Origin: Myxococcales bacterium
GTDB taxonomy: Bacteria; Myxococcota_A; Polyangia; Polyangiales; DASUME01
Direction of reading: 5' to 3'
NCBI GenBank assembly: GCA_047601445.1
Contig: JASGJH010000001.1
Span: forward strand, 2,848,001-2,912,000
DNA: 64,000 nt
A program made the translations under genes and the position numbers. Shown one piece after another: positions 1 to 10,758 of the stretch (the stretch's first letter is position 1; each line of letters starts with the position of its first letter). The notes below the pieces were generated by a model that did not search any database, was not told the origin of the DNA, and worked only from the letters and a program-made list of their open reading frames with translations.

Positions 1-56
1 TCAGGGCCGAGGTTGGTGACAAAGCGATAGCCGTACTTTTGTGCCAGTAACCCCAT
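1..56 (-). CDS. 5' end of a gene running off the left edge (MGLLAQKYGYRFVTNLGP...), unknown product
   Basis: ATG at 56 preceded by GAGGGAG Shine-Dalgarno-like sequence; frame open to the window edge. Confidence 0.4.
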   Translation of the reverse strand, partial: MGLLAQKYGYRFVTNLGP

Positions 57-549
57 GACTCCCTCTGCGTTCCCGCACCACGGCTCATTGGGATCGACGA
101 GGTAACTCTTGCGATGGGTAGCGGGCAAAGAGCGCGCTGAGGCGAGTGAGGCTCGAGTGGGCTCCCTGAGCTGAGCCGCTCGCACGCGCGGTCTCGCCGA
201 GGCGGGCCCGGATGACGTCTCGGAGCTGCCCGCGCCCGTCGGAGAGCTCGGACGAGACCAAGGACCTGCCCTGTCGGCGTAGCGTGGCGAGCACGGTTGC
301 CGTTCGGCGCGCCGCTCCATGGACCCACGCCTGTACGTGACTGTCGAGGGAGGCGTGCAGGTGGGCGCACCACCTTCAGCGCCTTGGCGGATAGCTCACC
401 TATCTAGCCCTTTTTTGCAACCGTCCTCGCGGACGCGCGCACCATCGGTACGTCGGTGGGATCTCGGTGGGCGCCCCAATGGGTGGCGGCTCGGGCCAGG
501 ACCCGCACCGTAGTGAGAACCGGAGACGAACGCAGGGAGGCGAGTGGAT

Positions 550-3500
550 ATGAGCAGCAGCAAGCCGCAGCGTGAACAGGCTGCACCGTCGGGCTCAGCG
601 TCGTCGCCTGCTCGGGCCCGCGGCGTGCCCCCCCCGCCTCCAGCATCGAACGACAACGCCTCGGCGCAGCAACAATCCGCGCAGACTTCCCAGACGCCTC
701 GCGCAGTGGCGCCCTCGCGGGTCGACGATACGCGGGTCGATCCAAGCGCCATCACCGAGGCGCGGGCAGTGATTGCAGTGTGCGAGGCGGAGCTTGAATC
801 CGACCCGGGGCCGACCCGAACGGTACAGCTTCAGATGCAGCTCGGCTGGGCGCACGAGCACATGCTGAACGACGTGTATGGTGCCTCGCATTGGTACGAG
901 CAGTCCATCCTGATGAGCCCGGAGCATGTGCCGGCCATCACCGCGACGCGACGTGCGTACCTGGCCGCAGCTCGCACCAGCGAAGCGCTGCCATTGTTCG
1001 AGGTGGAGATGCGCTTCGCCCCGAGTGCGACGGACAAAGCGGCACTGGCCTACGAGAAGGGCTGGTGGCTGGAGCAGCTCGGAGAACGGGCGCAGGCGGG
1101 CGATGCGTATCGCGCCGCGCTGGAGCTCGAGCCACGGCACGCCGCGGCGCTCAAGGCGCTCGAGCGTCTGGCTAGCACCAACGAAAGTTTGGCGGAGCTT
1201 ACGCAGGTCTACGCGCAGCTCGGCAGCGCGCTGTCGGAGCCAGCACATCGGGCCGCACTGCTCGTACAGCGCGCAAGCTTGATAGAGGCGCACGGGCAGG
1301 ATCTGGAGCGCGCCGCCGAGTTGTACGAGGCGGCGTTGAAGCTCGATCCCCGCGCGGTGGGCGCACTCCCAGCGGTCGCAAGGATCTATCACGTCACGGC
1401 CCGCTACAGCGAGCTGGCGAGCGCGCTCGCGCGCCGGGCGGAACAGGCGGAGGATCCGGCAACGCGCGCGACCTTCTTGTGCGATCTCGCCCGCGTGAAC
1501 GCGGCGCGCTTCGGAAACGTACCCGAGGCCCTGGCTACGCTCGAACAGGCTCGGCAGGCCGTTCCGAATGACCCCCTCGTGCTCGAGGATCTCGCGCGGC
1601 TATACGAGCGCGCCCACCGCTACGCACCTCTGGCCGAGGTGCTCGGTCAGCTCGCTCAGCTTGCGCCCGACGCACAGACGCGCGTCGCCGTGCTGCATCG
1701 GCTCGGGCGCCTTTACGAGCACGAGCTCGATCGCGCCCAGGAAGCAGTCACCGCGTATCGCGCCGCCCTGCGAATCGTCCCAGCCCACGAGCCGAGCCTC
1801 CACGCCGTGGAAGGGCTGCTGCGAGATCAGGGGGACTTTCGTGAACTCATCCGAGTCTGGTCGGCGGCGGCGGACGCGGCCACCAGCGACTCCCAACGGC
1901 TGCGCGCGCACCTGTCGATCGCTGCCGTTGCCGACAGCCACCTCAAAGATGCGAGTTTGGCGCTCGCTCACTACGAGCGCGCACTCCTGCTCGCTCCCGA
2001 GAACACCACGGCTTTCTTGGCGCTCACGCGCCTATGTAGCCAGGCAGGCAAGCACCGCGAGCTGATCGCGCTCTATGAGCGAGCCATCAATCGCACGACA
2101 GACCTCGCTCGTCGCGTCAGCTATCTGTTTCGCGTTGCAGCCATCTACGAGCAGACACTCTCGGACCCGGCCCAGGCGGCGACCACCTATCGCCGTGTCC
2201 TCAAGCTCGTGCCTGATCATCTCGGCGCCATCCAAGGACTGGCAATCGCCGCCGAAGCCGCGGGCCTCTACCCTGAGGTCGTGGAAGCCCTCGAGCTCGA
2301 GCTAGGTCAAACCTCTGACCCGCACTACAAGCTCGCGCTGCTGAATCGACTCGGCAGCTTGCTCGCGCACCAGCTCGCCAATCCGGAGGGCGCCGCGTTG
2401 CACTTCCAGCGTGCGCTCGAGCTCGACGCCCACGACGCGACGGCACTCTCGGGCCTCGCGCAGATCCAGCATGCGAGCAGACGCTGGGAGGACCTGCTTG
2501 GCACCTATCGGATCCAGTCCGAGAGCATGCCGAGCGGTCTCGTCCGCGCCGATCTTCTGTTCAAGATGGGAGAGCTCGCAGAGACACAGCTCGGACGGAG
2601 CGACGTGGCGCTTACGTATTATGAGGCGGCGCTCGTCGACATCCCCGGACACGACCCCTCGCTCCGTGCGCTCGGACGCGTGCTCACGGATCGCGGTGCC
2701 TTCCAGCAGCTCGCGACGATCCTGGCAGCACAGGCTGAGTTCGTGCGCGTCCCGCGCAGCAGGGCGCAGGTGCACTACCGCGTGGGCCAGGTGCAAGAGG
2801 ACCAGCTCGCAGACGCAGCCGCGGCCCTCGTGGCCTATCGAGCATCGCTGGCGGCGTGCGCGAGCTACCGGCCATCACGTGAGGCCGTGCTCCGGCTCGC
2901 GGACAGCCAGGGGGAAAGCGAGTCACTTCTGCCGCTGCTGCAGGAAGAATCTGCGAACCAAGGGGCGGACGGCGCAGCCGCGCTGCTGCGTAAGGCGCAG
3001 GTTTACCGCGACAAGCTGCGCGACGCGCGACGGGCGACCGGAACATTCGAGGCGCTGCTCGGAACGGTCCAGGGCCAACTGCCAGCGCTGCTGGCCCTCG
3101 AGCCCCTGCACACGGCGGCGGGAAACCGCGATGCACTGGTGAACCTCTACGCGCTGGAGGCCTCACAATTCAAGGACGCAGAGGCACGGCTCAGTGCGTT
3201 GAAGGAGCTGCTTCGCATCCAGATGGCTCAGCCAGACGATGCCGCAGCTCGAACCACCCTCGACCGGCTACTCGCATTGTCCCCCGATGACTCATTCGCA
3301 CTCTCGCTGCTCGAGCACTTCGCCGCCAAGCACGCCGACGCGGAATTGCGGGCTCGCGTCGACGAGCGCTGCGCGGAGCGAACGAACGACGCACGCCTCG
3401 CGGCCGATCGCCATGCGAGCCTCGCGTTCTACTTCGAGCAACAAGGCCGGAAGCGTGAAGCACTCGCACGTTACAAGGCCGCGCTCGCGCAACACGCCGA

Positions 3501-5647
3501 GCACCTCCCCTCCATCTTGGGCCTCGGCCGTACCGCGCAGGTGCTGGGCGACGCGGCGGCCGTTGCGGAGGCGAAGAGCCGGCAAGCCGCATTCACCGTG
3601 CAGCCCGCGCGTGCCGCGGACCTCCTGGTGGAGGAAGCCCACATCCGGTTCAAAAGTTTGAACGAAGCCGAGGCCTCGATTGACCTGCTGCTGCGCGCAC
3701 TCGTCTTGTTCCCCGAGCATGAGCAGGCGGCGCGCAGGCTCACGGAACAACTTCTGGTGCGCGGCGAGGTGGAGCGACTCGTGAAAGCGCTCGAGAACGC
3801 CGCCCATGCGGCGCGTGTACCGGAGCGCGTGAGCACCCTGTGGACGTCCCTTGGCGAGCTCCAGAGCCAGCGGCTCGCGAACGTCCCCGCCGCCATTACG
3901 GCGCTTGAGCGCGCAGACGCTGTGCAGCCGCACGACGCGCGCACCTTGGCAAGGCTCGCGGAGCTGTACATCGAGAACCGTCAATGGAGCGACGCCGTCC
4001 GCACGCTCGACGACGTGGTCAGCCTGTCGCTCGACGAACGAGAGCTGCTCGCCGCTCGCCTCAAACTGATCGACGTCTGGTCGAACCACCTACACGACGC
4101 GCACAAGGCTTCGACGTTCCTCGACGCGGTGCTGTTGGTCCGACCTGACCACCCCGAAGCGCTGGGCCTCTTGGTTGACATGCAGTGCAAGGCCGGAGAC
4201 CTCGACCTCGCGCTCCAGACCGCGCACCGCTTGGTCTTGGCCAGCCAGGGCCCCGCTCGCGCTGCAGCGCTCATGCGCCTGGCGAACATCGAGCGCGAGC
4301 GCGGCAACGAATCGTCCTACTTTCAGACGCTTTACCAGGCGGTGCACCTTGCGGGCGCGCGCACCGAGGCGGCCGCCGAGCTGCAACGGGTCGCGAACAC
4401 CCCCTCGCTCGCCAAAGCCTACGCGGACGCCCTCGAGGGCTTCCTCCAGGCGAGCGGCCCCGACGCCGACGTGGCAAGTTACCTGGAGCTCGCACGCATT
4501 CAGGCGGAAGTGTTGCAGTGGGGACAGCAAGCGATCGAGACGCTCGCGCGCGGCCTCGAGCGCACGCGTGGGGCCTCCGCTATCGCTGCCGCATTGACCA
4601 AACGCCTCGAGCTCGCAGGACGCCACGACGAAGCCCTCAAGTTCGTACACACGGCATTGCTCAAGGACGTGACCAGCGCCGACCTGTGGCGTGAGCTCGC
4701 GAGCAACCTGGAAAAAGCCAAGCGCAGGACCGAAGGGCGGCTGGCGCTCGCGGCGCTCGAAGTGCTCGGATGCGCCACAGAGGCCGAGCGCAAGGCCGCC
4801 GAGGCAGCCCGCGCGCAGCTCGCTCCGCCGAGCCCGGGGAGTTTCGCGCGCGCGACCCTGAACGCGCTCGGCGAGGGAGCTCTGGTCAGTCCCGCGATGC
4901 GCGTGCTGGAGGCCTTGATCGATCCCATCTCCAAGCTTCATCCCGTCGATCTCAGCGCACTCGGCCTGGGCAAGCAGGAGCGCATCGGCGGCCGATCCCT
5001 CGACACGCTCAAGCCCCTGATCGACAGTGCCGCGATGCGCTTCGGAGTGAGCGACCTGGTAGTCTACGTGAGCGAGGCGCGACCCGCGCTGGCGCAGGTC
5101 CTTCCTAGCGTCCCGCCCACGCTCGTGCTCTCGCGCGAGATTCGAGCTCCTGACCGAGAACGAGCAGAGCTTCATCGTCTCGCGCGCCATCGCTGCAATC
5201 GCAGGACGCTTCCATCCCGCGCTCACACTGCCCGTCGAGGAGCTCGCCCGGCTCTTCGCAGCGGTGGGCCACACCGTGCAGCCGGGGTTTGGACAGAACC
5301 TGGCGAGCCCCCAGGCCATCGAGGAGCAGGCCCAGCAGCTGCGCAAGGCGTTCTCCTGGCTGGCCTCGCGCAAATCCCTCGACGAAGCCGCCGCCGCCTT
5401 CGTCCAGGCCCCCCTCACGGATCTCGCTGACTGGGTGCGCACACTCGAGCAGACCGCTGCGCGCGCCGCGGCCGCCGCGGTCGGTGATCTTCCCGCCGCT
5501 ATCCGCGTGCTCATGCGTGAAGCGGGAGCCGACCCACGCGACCCGTCCGCGTTCGTACGCGCACACCCGACCGGGCGAGCGTTGTTGCAGTTCTGGGGTT
5601 CGGGCGGCGCCGCTCAGGCACTACGCCACACAGGTATGCTCGACTGA
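550..5647 (+). CDS. Giant tetratricopeptide-repeat (TPR) protein of myxobacterial type; apparent +1 frameshift at ~5141
   Basis: Many TPR-like repeats (e.g. AGDAYRAALELEPRHAAAL, AVTAYRAALRIVPAHEPSL); GGGAGG RBS before ATG 550; deleting one T in GATTC (5139-5143) joins ORF 544-5430 to ORF 5264-5647 (EIELLTENEQSFIVSRAIA...). Confidence 0.85.
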
Positions 5648-5734
5648 TTCGCCCCGATCCTCCCACGAGGCATCGGTTGAGACTACCTGCTCGAGGTAGT
5701 CGTGATTGATGCCCGGATGGGCATGGACGATTTG

Positions 5735-5841
5735 TCGGGTCCGGGCCCCGCTCCGTCGTCGATCCAAGCGTCGAGTGCCTCCAAGCTATTCCCCTCGAGC
5801 ATGCCCGCCTGCGGCATTGGGTCGAGCTCGTCGTGGATACG
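5735..5841 (-). repeat. 107-bp dispersed direct repeat: orphan copy of an internal segment of the monooxygenase gene (11627-11733)
   Basis: Manual alignment gives 6 mismatches in 107 bp, no gaps. Confidence 0.9.
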
Positions 5842-5842
5842 T

Positions 5843-7048
5843 TTACTCCTGCACGTCATGCTCGAGTGTCGCCTGGAAGGGCATGGTCCACGGCGTCGCC
5901 GGGCACACCGTCCCCGTGGTCCATGTGTTGACCGTCACCGTTCCCGTGATCACCGACCCGAGGTCGCCATACGGGTTCAGCGTCACGGAGGCGTCCCCGT
6001 CGGCAGACGCGGCGCACTGGCCCGTCCACGCTGCATACATGAAGAGCGTACCGGCACCGGTCGGGTAGGTGCCGCCGGAGGTGTCGTCGTCTTTGTGAAT
6101 GAAGAGCTCTACGTCATGCTCGTCAGCACTCAGGCTCCCGTCTGGCTCGAAGCCATTGACCAGCGAGACGATCAGTATTTGGTTGAGAACGTTGTAGCGT
6201 GCGTAGACACGCGGCGTGTAGAGGACCTCGCTGCCTTCGCTGTAGCGGGTGCCGTCGAGCTCGAACCAGTCTCCCTGGCTTCCCGAGTTTCCGGTGAGGT
6301 CATCGGCTTCATGGGCGATCTCGAAGGAGCCGGCAGTGGGCGTGGCCGGACAGGAGCCCTTGAACGCGTCCCACTCGGTCACGATGTACGAACCGATGGC
6401 CTTGTGGCCAATCCCTTCGTCCGTGATGGACACCGTTCCGGACTTCGCGGCGCATGACCGCTCCGACGTTCCCGGGCTTCCGTCGTGCACAGTGACCGCT
6501 GCGTTTCCATGGGCCCATTCGGCCGCAATGGTGTACTCGCCGGTCATCGTCGTGCCGCCGTCGGTGTACACGCGTACGGAGGCAAGGTCGCGGTAGCCGT
6601 TCTCAGGTGACGACCAGGTCGTTTGAACCGTCACCAGACCGTAGGGCAGCCAGGCAGCGCGATGGTGAGACACGCTCACGACCGGATCGAAGCCATCTGG
6701 GCTGAGCTCCGAGGGCGTTTGCATGTAGGTGGTATCGCCGACCGAGAACGTACTCACGAAAAGCGGGCCCGCGTCGCGCGTCGCCCCGTCCGCGCCGCCG
6801 TCTTCGACACTTCCGCCGTCCCCTGACGTATCGGCGTCCATTTCGCCGCCACCATCCGCGCGAGACGTGTCGGCGTCGGGTGGGTGGCCATCACCGTCGC
6901 CGGGCGACACGCCCGAATCGGTCAGCGCACTGCCGCTATCTGCGCCAGATTCGCGGGTCGTCGAGTTGCCAGAATCGGCACACGCAATCGTCGCACACGA
7001 AGTAAGGGCCAAGCACACACGAGCCCAAGAAACCGACGCAACTGCCAT
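5843..7048 (-). CDS. Putative lipoprotein: Asp/Gly-rich linker followed by two tandem homologous beta-rich domains
   Basis: Hydrophobic N-terminus ending TIA-C; DSG/DGG linker; two units each with CAA...CPATP...F. Confidence 0.7.
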   Translation of the reverse strand: MAVASVSWARVCLALTSCATIACADSGNSTTRESGADSGSALTDSGVSPGDGDGHPPDADTSRADGGGEMDADTSGDGGSVEDGGADGATRDAGPLFVSTFSVGDTTYMQTPSELSPDGFDPVVSVSHHRAAWLPYGLVTVQTTWSSPENGYRDLASVRVYTDGGTTMTGEYTIAAEWAHGNAAVTVHDGSPGTSERSCAAKSGTVSITDEGIGHKAIGSYIVTEWDAFKGSCPATPTAGSFEIAHEADDLTGNSGSQGDWFELDGTRYSEGSEVLYTPRVYARYNVLNQILIVSLVNGFEPDGSLSADEHDVELFIHKDDDTSGGTYPTGAGTLFMYAAWTGQCAASADGDASVTLNPYGDLGSVITGTVTVNTWTTGTVCPATPWTMPFQATLEHDVQE

Positions 7049-7100
7049 CGCTCGGGATCGTAACGGGTGCGCGCCCGGGTTCCTAGTGGGAGGGTGACGG

Positions 7101-7661
7101 TCATCGCTTCGTCGCGAGGTGAGCGAGTTCGGCCGCGAACGCGTCATCCAGCGGAGCGTGGCCGACCAGGAGTCGGTACCACATGGCTCCGAACACCATG
7201 TCCACCATCGCCGTGGCAGTGGTGTCAGGATGGGCCTGCGCGAGCAGAGCGTGCAGACTCTCACGTCGCCCTTCGATCAGGTTCTTGCGGAAGGCCTGCT
7301 GGAACTCCGGGTCCAGTTGAGCCTCTGCCATCAGTCCCTTGAGCACCGGTGCCAGCGTCTTTTTGCCACGCAACAGCTTGAACGTGGCCACGAGGAAGCG
7401 CGTCACGTCGGCCAGCGCGTCTCCGCTCGGAACGGCGGGGACCTCGCTGCGGGCGCTCTCACCGAGCGCCTCGAGCAGCACCTCGGCCTTGGAGCGCCAC
7501 CAGCGGTAGATCGTCTGCTTGCCGACCCCCGCGGCGAGCGCGATGCCGTCGATGGTCAGGTTTCCGTAGCCGTGCTCACGCAGCAGTTCCAGGGCAGCCG
7601 TGAGGATGGCGCCGCGTGCTTCCTCGCTGCGTTTTCGGCCGGCACGGTTGAGCTCGTTCAT
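7101..7661 (-). CDS. TetR/AcrR family transcriptional regulator
   Basis: N-terminal HTH LTIDGIALAAGVGKQTIYRWWRSK; divergent from SDR gene. Confidence 0.95.
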   Translation of the reverse strand: MNELNRAGRKRSEEARGAILTAALELLREHGYGNLTIDGIALAAGVGKQTIYRWWRSKAEVLLEALGESARSEVPAVPSGDALADVTRFLVATFKLLRGKKTLAPVLKGLMAEAQLDPEFQQAFRKNLIEGRRESLHALLAQAHPDTTATAMVDMVFGAMWYRLLVGHAPLDDAFAAELAHLATKR

Positions 7662-7691
7662 GGAGGAACAGCATAGATTGAGCGCGAGGCC

Positions 7692-7770
7692 TTGACGAGA
7701 CGAATCGTCTCGTTATTATCATTTCGAGACGACGAGACTCGAAATGGAACATCGAGAGTCTTCGTCGCGA
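7692..7770 (+). promoter_or_regulatory. Sigma70-like promoter (TTGACG-16-TATTAT) overlapped by three palindromic TetR operators
   Basis: Perfect palindrome ACGAGACGA-A-TCGTCTCGT 7695-7713; CATTTCGAG-N9-CTCGAAATG 7720-7746; degenerate CGAGAGTCTTCGTCGCG 7753-7769. Confidence 0.75.
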
Positions 7771-7797
7771 CACCCAGAGCCGAGAAGTGAGGACATC

Positions 7798-8511
7798 ATG
7801 GAAGCACAGACCATCATCGTGTTCGGCGGGAGTTCGGGAATCGGCGAGGCCACCGCACGCCTCGCGGCCGCCAAGGGCGCGCGCGTGGTGATCGTGGGCC
7901 GGAATCCGGAGAAGCTGGAAGCGGTGCGTTTGCGTACGCCGGGCCGAGTCGTCGCTGCAGCCGTCGATGGCTCGGACCGGTCTGCGGTCGACCGCTTCTT
8001 CGCTGTCCAGGGGCCATTCGACCACCTGGTGTTGTCGCTCAGCGGCTCGAAGGGCGCGGGTCCTTTCGCATCGCTCGATCTCGCCGCATTGCGAGAAGGG
8101 TTCGAGGAGAAGCTGTTTCCACAGCTGTCGGTGGCACAGGCCGCGTTGCCTACGCTGCGCGAAGGCGGTTCACTCACCTTCATCTCGGCCTCTTCGGCGC
8201 GCTCGGCGATGCCGGGCACGGCGGGACTCGCCGCGATCAATGCAGGCGTGGAAGCCGTGGTGCCCGTCCTGGCACGCGAACTCGGGCCGACGCGCGTCAA
8301 CGCCGTGTGCCCAGGCGTCATCGACACGCCGTGGTGGGAGCGCCTCCCGCGTGAAGCACGTGACGCGTTCTTCGCAGACGCCATCGAAAAGTTGCCAGTC
8401 CGTAGAGTCGGCAAGCCCGAGGACGTGGCAGCGATCGTGTTGAGCCTGGTGCAGAATGGCTTCGTCACCGGCTCGGTGTTCGAAGTCGATGGAGGGGGGC
8501 GCCTGGTCTAG
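7798..8511 (+). CDS. Short-chain dehydrogenase/reductase (SDR)
   Basis: GGSSGIG Rossmann motif, RVNAVCPGVIDT, VTGSVFEVDGG; GAGGA RBS before ATG 7798. Confidence 0.92.
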   Translation: MEAQTIIVFGGSSGIGEATARLAAAKGARVVIVGRNPEKLEAVRLRTPGRVVAAAVDGSDRSAVDRFFAVQGPFDHLVLSLSGSKGAGPFASLDLAALREGFEEKLFPQLSVAQAALPTLREGGSLTFISASSARSAMPGTAGLAAINAGVEAVVPVLARELGPTRVNAVCPGVIDTPWWERLPREARDAFFADAIEKLPVRRVGKPEDVAAIVLSLVQNGFVTGSVFEVDGGGRLV

Positions 8512-9398
8512 CGACGTGCCCAGGCTGCCTGGCAGCTGTCCTTGCGATACACGACGAGATTGTTGTCGTCCTGCATGGACAGGAAGGCACCGGTATTGCC
8601 GTTGGTCTTGGTGCTCCAGGCGGCGGCGCCGTCTGGCTTGTAGATGACAAGGTTGCCGTCGCTCTGCATGATGACCTTGCCGGGCGGTACGCCCTGGGTG
8701 CCGCTGGCCCAGAGCGCCTTCTTGGTGGGCGAGAGCGCGTACACGACGAGGTTACCGTCGGTCTGGTAGATGAGCTGATACGTATTGTTCGGGGACTGGA
8801 ACGACGTGCCCGCCGGCATGACGCTGCCGCTCTTGAGCGTGATGCCCTTGATGGCCCCGCATGCGCTGGTGCCGAGTGCGGCAGCATCCGGGAGCGTCGG
8901 CGTCGTGGTTGCGGGAGGTGGCGTGGTTGCGGCCTTGGCTGCCTGCTGGACCGTGAACGTCACGGTGTTGGGGGAGTAGGAAGCCTTTGCCGTGATGACA
9001 GCCGTGCGTGCGGCGCCGGTGTTGGGCAGGACCGTGTAGCGATAGCCGATTCCTCCTGGAATCGCGCCCGTGTTCGTGAGGTCGGTCAACATGTCGGAAT
9101 CTTCGCTGAGCGTGGCCCCACACCCGCTGGTCATCCACATCAGCAGCACGAACGTGCCGCCTTCGGCGGGGACCGGCTGAGCCCCGATGCCCTGATCCCC
9201 GCGCACGAGTTGGGGTAGCCCGCACTGAATCTGACCGCCGAGCCGCTGGGCCGACCTGGCCGGCCGGGACGTGCGCTGGGGCGCGCGTGAGAGATCCGTG
9301 GAGGTAGGCTTCCCGACCGAGGTCGAGCTCGCGTGGGCGTGAGCGAGCGACGCGACCCCCAGAAACAGTAGCAAACCGACGATTGACCCGTTCTTCAT
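8508..9398 (-). CDS. Secreted protein with BACON-like domain and C-terminal bulb-type (B-type) mannose-binding lectin domain
   Basis: Signal peptide ending AHA; YTVLPNTGAARTAVIT...TFTVQQ; three QxDxNxVxY motifs (QTDGNLVVY, QSDGNLVIY, QDDNNLVVY). Confidence 0.85.
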   Translation of the reverse strand: MKNGSIVGLLLFLGVASLAHAHASSTSVGKPTSTDLSRAPQRTSRPARSAQRLGGQIQCGLPQLVRGDQGIGAQPVPAEGGTFVLLMWMTSGCGATLSEDSDMLTDLTNTGAIPGGIGYRYTVLPNTGAARTAVITAKASYSPNTVTFTVQQAAKAATTPPPATTTPTLPDAAALGTSACGAIKGITLKSGSVMPAGTSFQSPNNTYQLIYQTDGNLVVYALSPTKKALWASGTQGVPPGKVIMQSDGNLVIYKPDGAAAWSTKTNGNTGAFLSMQDDNNLVVYRKDSCQAAWARR

Positions 9399-9484
9399 AT
9401 CGCCTGGTGTACGGGCTCTCGCAAGCCAGGGCTATCCACTTTGCGAAAGTATCTTGCTTGCGCTGGCGCCGTCTTGGCGTGACT

Positions 9485-10510
9485 TCAAGCCCGTTGCTGC
9501 CCGGTGCGGCTCCAGCGCCGGGCCAGTGTGTCGCTCGGACTCTCGCCGAAGCGCTTCCGATAGCGGATGCTGAAGCGACCCAGGTGCCCGACCCCCGTGA
9601 TCCGAGCCACCTCACTCACGGTCTCCAGCGTGTCGCTCGTCAGGAGCAGCACACGCGCTCGCTCGAGTCGACGCGCGCGCGCGAAGTCGAGCGGCGAGCA
9701 GCCACGGTGTTTCTGGAAGCCGAGTTGCAGCGAGCGCGCGCCAATGCCGGCCACGCGCGTGAGCTCCGCCATGGTGACGGAGCGCCCGAAGTGCGCGTCG
9801 ATGTATTCCGCGGCACGTCGCACATGCCGCGGCTCACCCGAGCGGGAGCTCGCCTTGAACAGCCCGGACTGGTTGCTGGGCTGGCACAGCAAGAAGCGAA
9901 AGATGAGGGCTTCGGCCCAGCATGCGTCGGCGCCGGGCTCTGTGAACTCGGGATGCTCCTGATCGGCTTCCCTCAGCACCGAGGTGATCAAGCGCATGAG
10001 GGGCTCCACCGGAGGCGAGTCGAGCGCGATGCGCGCTGCAAACTGGACTTCACGGGACTCAGCTCCCGTGAGAGTGCGCAGACCGTCGTGGACTGCCTGG
10101 CGCGGAAGCACCACCTGCAGGCTGCGAAACCCCGAACGGACCACGACCTTGGAGCTCTGCCAGGGAGCGCACAGCAAGCCCGACCGGCCCGACACCAGGG
10201 GGGTCACCGCCTTGCCGATCGTCGACTCCGCGGTAGCGTTCGACTCGAGCGGCAGAGACAACAGATAGGCATCCGCCGCGCCCTCACAATCCGCCCACAC
10301 GCTGGACCTGGTTTCACTCGCGACCAGCGCGAGGGGACCGAGCGTGAGCTGGTGAACGCGCCAGAAGAACGGCTCCTTGCCGGGCATGCCATGGATGTGC
10401 ACCGGCGCGGTCATCCGGCTGTAGAGGTCCGATGCCTCATCCAGGGATGGCACAGCGAGGCACGGATAGCGTGAAAGCGGCAGCCTAGGGCGCGCGGATA
10501 CGTTCAACAT
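9485..10510 (-). CDS. AraC family transcriptional regulator (start uncertain)
   Basis: C-terminal double HTH: RSLQLGFQKHRGCSPL...HLGRFSIRYRKRFGESPSDTL. Confidence 0.9.
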   Translation of the reverse strand: MLNVSARPRLPLSRYPCLAVPSLDEASDLYSRMTAPVHIHGMPGKEPFFWRVHQLTLGPLALVASETRSSVWADCEGAADAYLLSLPLESNATAESTIGKAVTPLVSGRSGLLCAPWQSSKVVVRSGFRSLQVVLPRQAVHDGLRTLTGAESREVQFAARIALDSPPVEPLMRLITSVLREADQEHPEFTEPGADACWAEALIFRFLLCQPSNQSGLFKASSRSGEPRHVRRAAEYIDAHFGRSVTMAELTRVAGIGARSLQLGFQKHRGCSPLDFARARRLERARVLLLTSDTLETVSEVARITGVGHLGRFSIRYRKRFGESPSDTLARRWSRTGQQRA

Positions 10511-10758
10511 GTCGACCTGTCTGGCGTCGAGTCCCTTCGAGATCGCAGCGTGCCCACGGTGCAGCGACATCGCGCATGAGGCAAGGCGATTCTCGAGTGG
10601 GCTTCCCGGGGCGCATGTGGCCTCTGCTCTCACGGCGCGGCCTTTCTTGAGTGCCGCTCGCACTTGCCTTGCCGCGCGACTCCTTGGCCATGGTCCTGCT
10701 CTGGTACGACCCCCACTTCGGGTCACGCCTCTTCGGAATGGCGGCCGATTCCGAGGCG

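Noticed and set aside
85..513. Short ORFs 85-294 (-) and 319-513 (+)
   Set aside because: No recognisable motif or convincing RBS; cannot support as genes
595..5566. Long antisense and alternate-frame ORFs over the TPR gene and elsewhere (e.g. 4090-5514, 51634-52920, 57405-58859)
   Set aside because: Shadow ORFs expected in high-GC DNA opposite well-supported genes; no motifs
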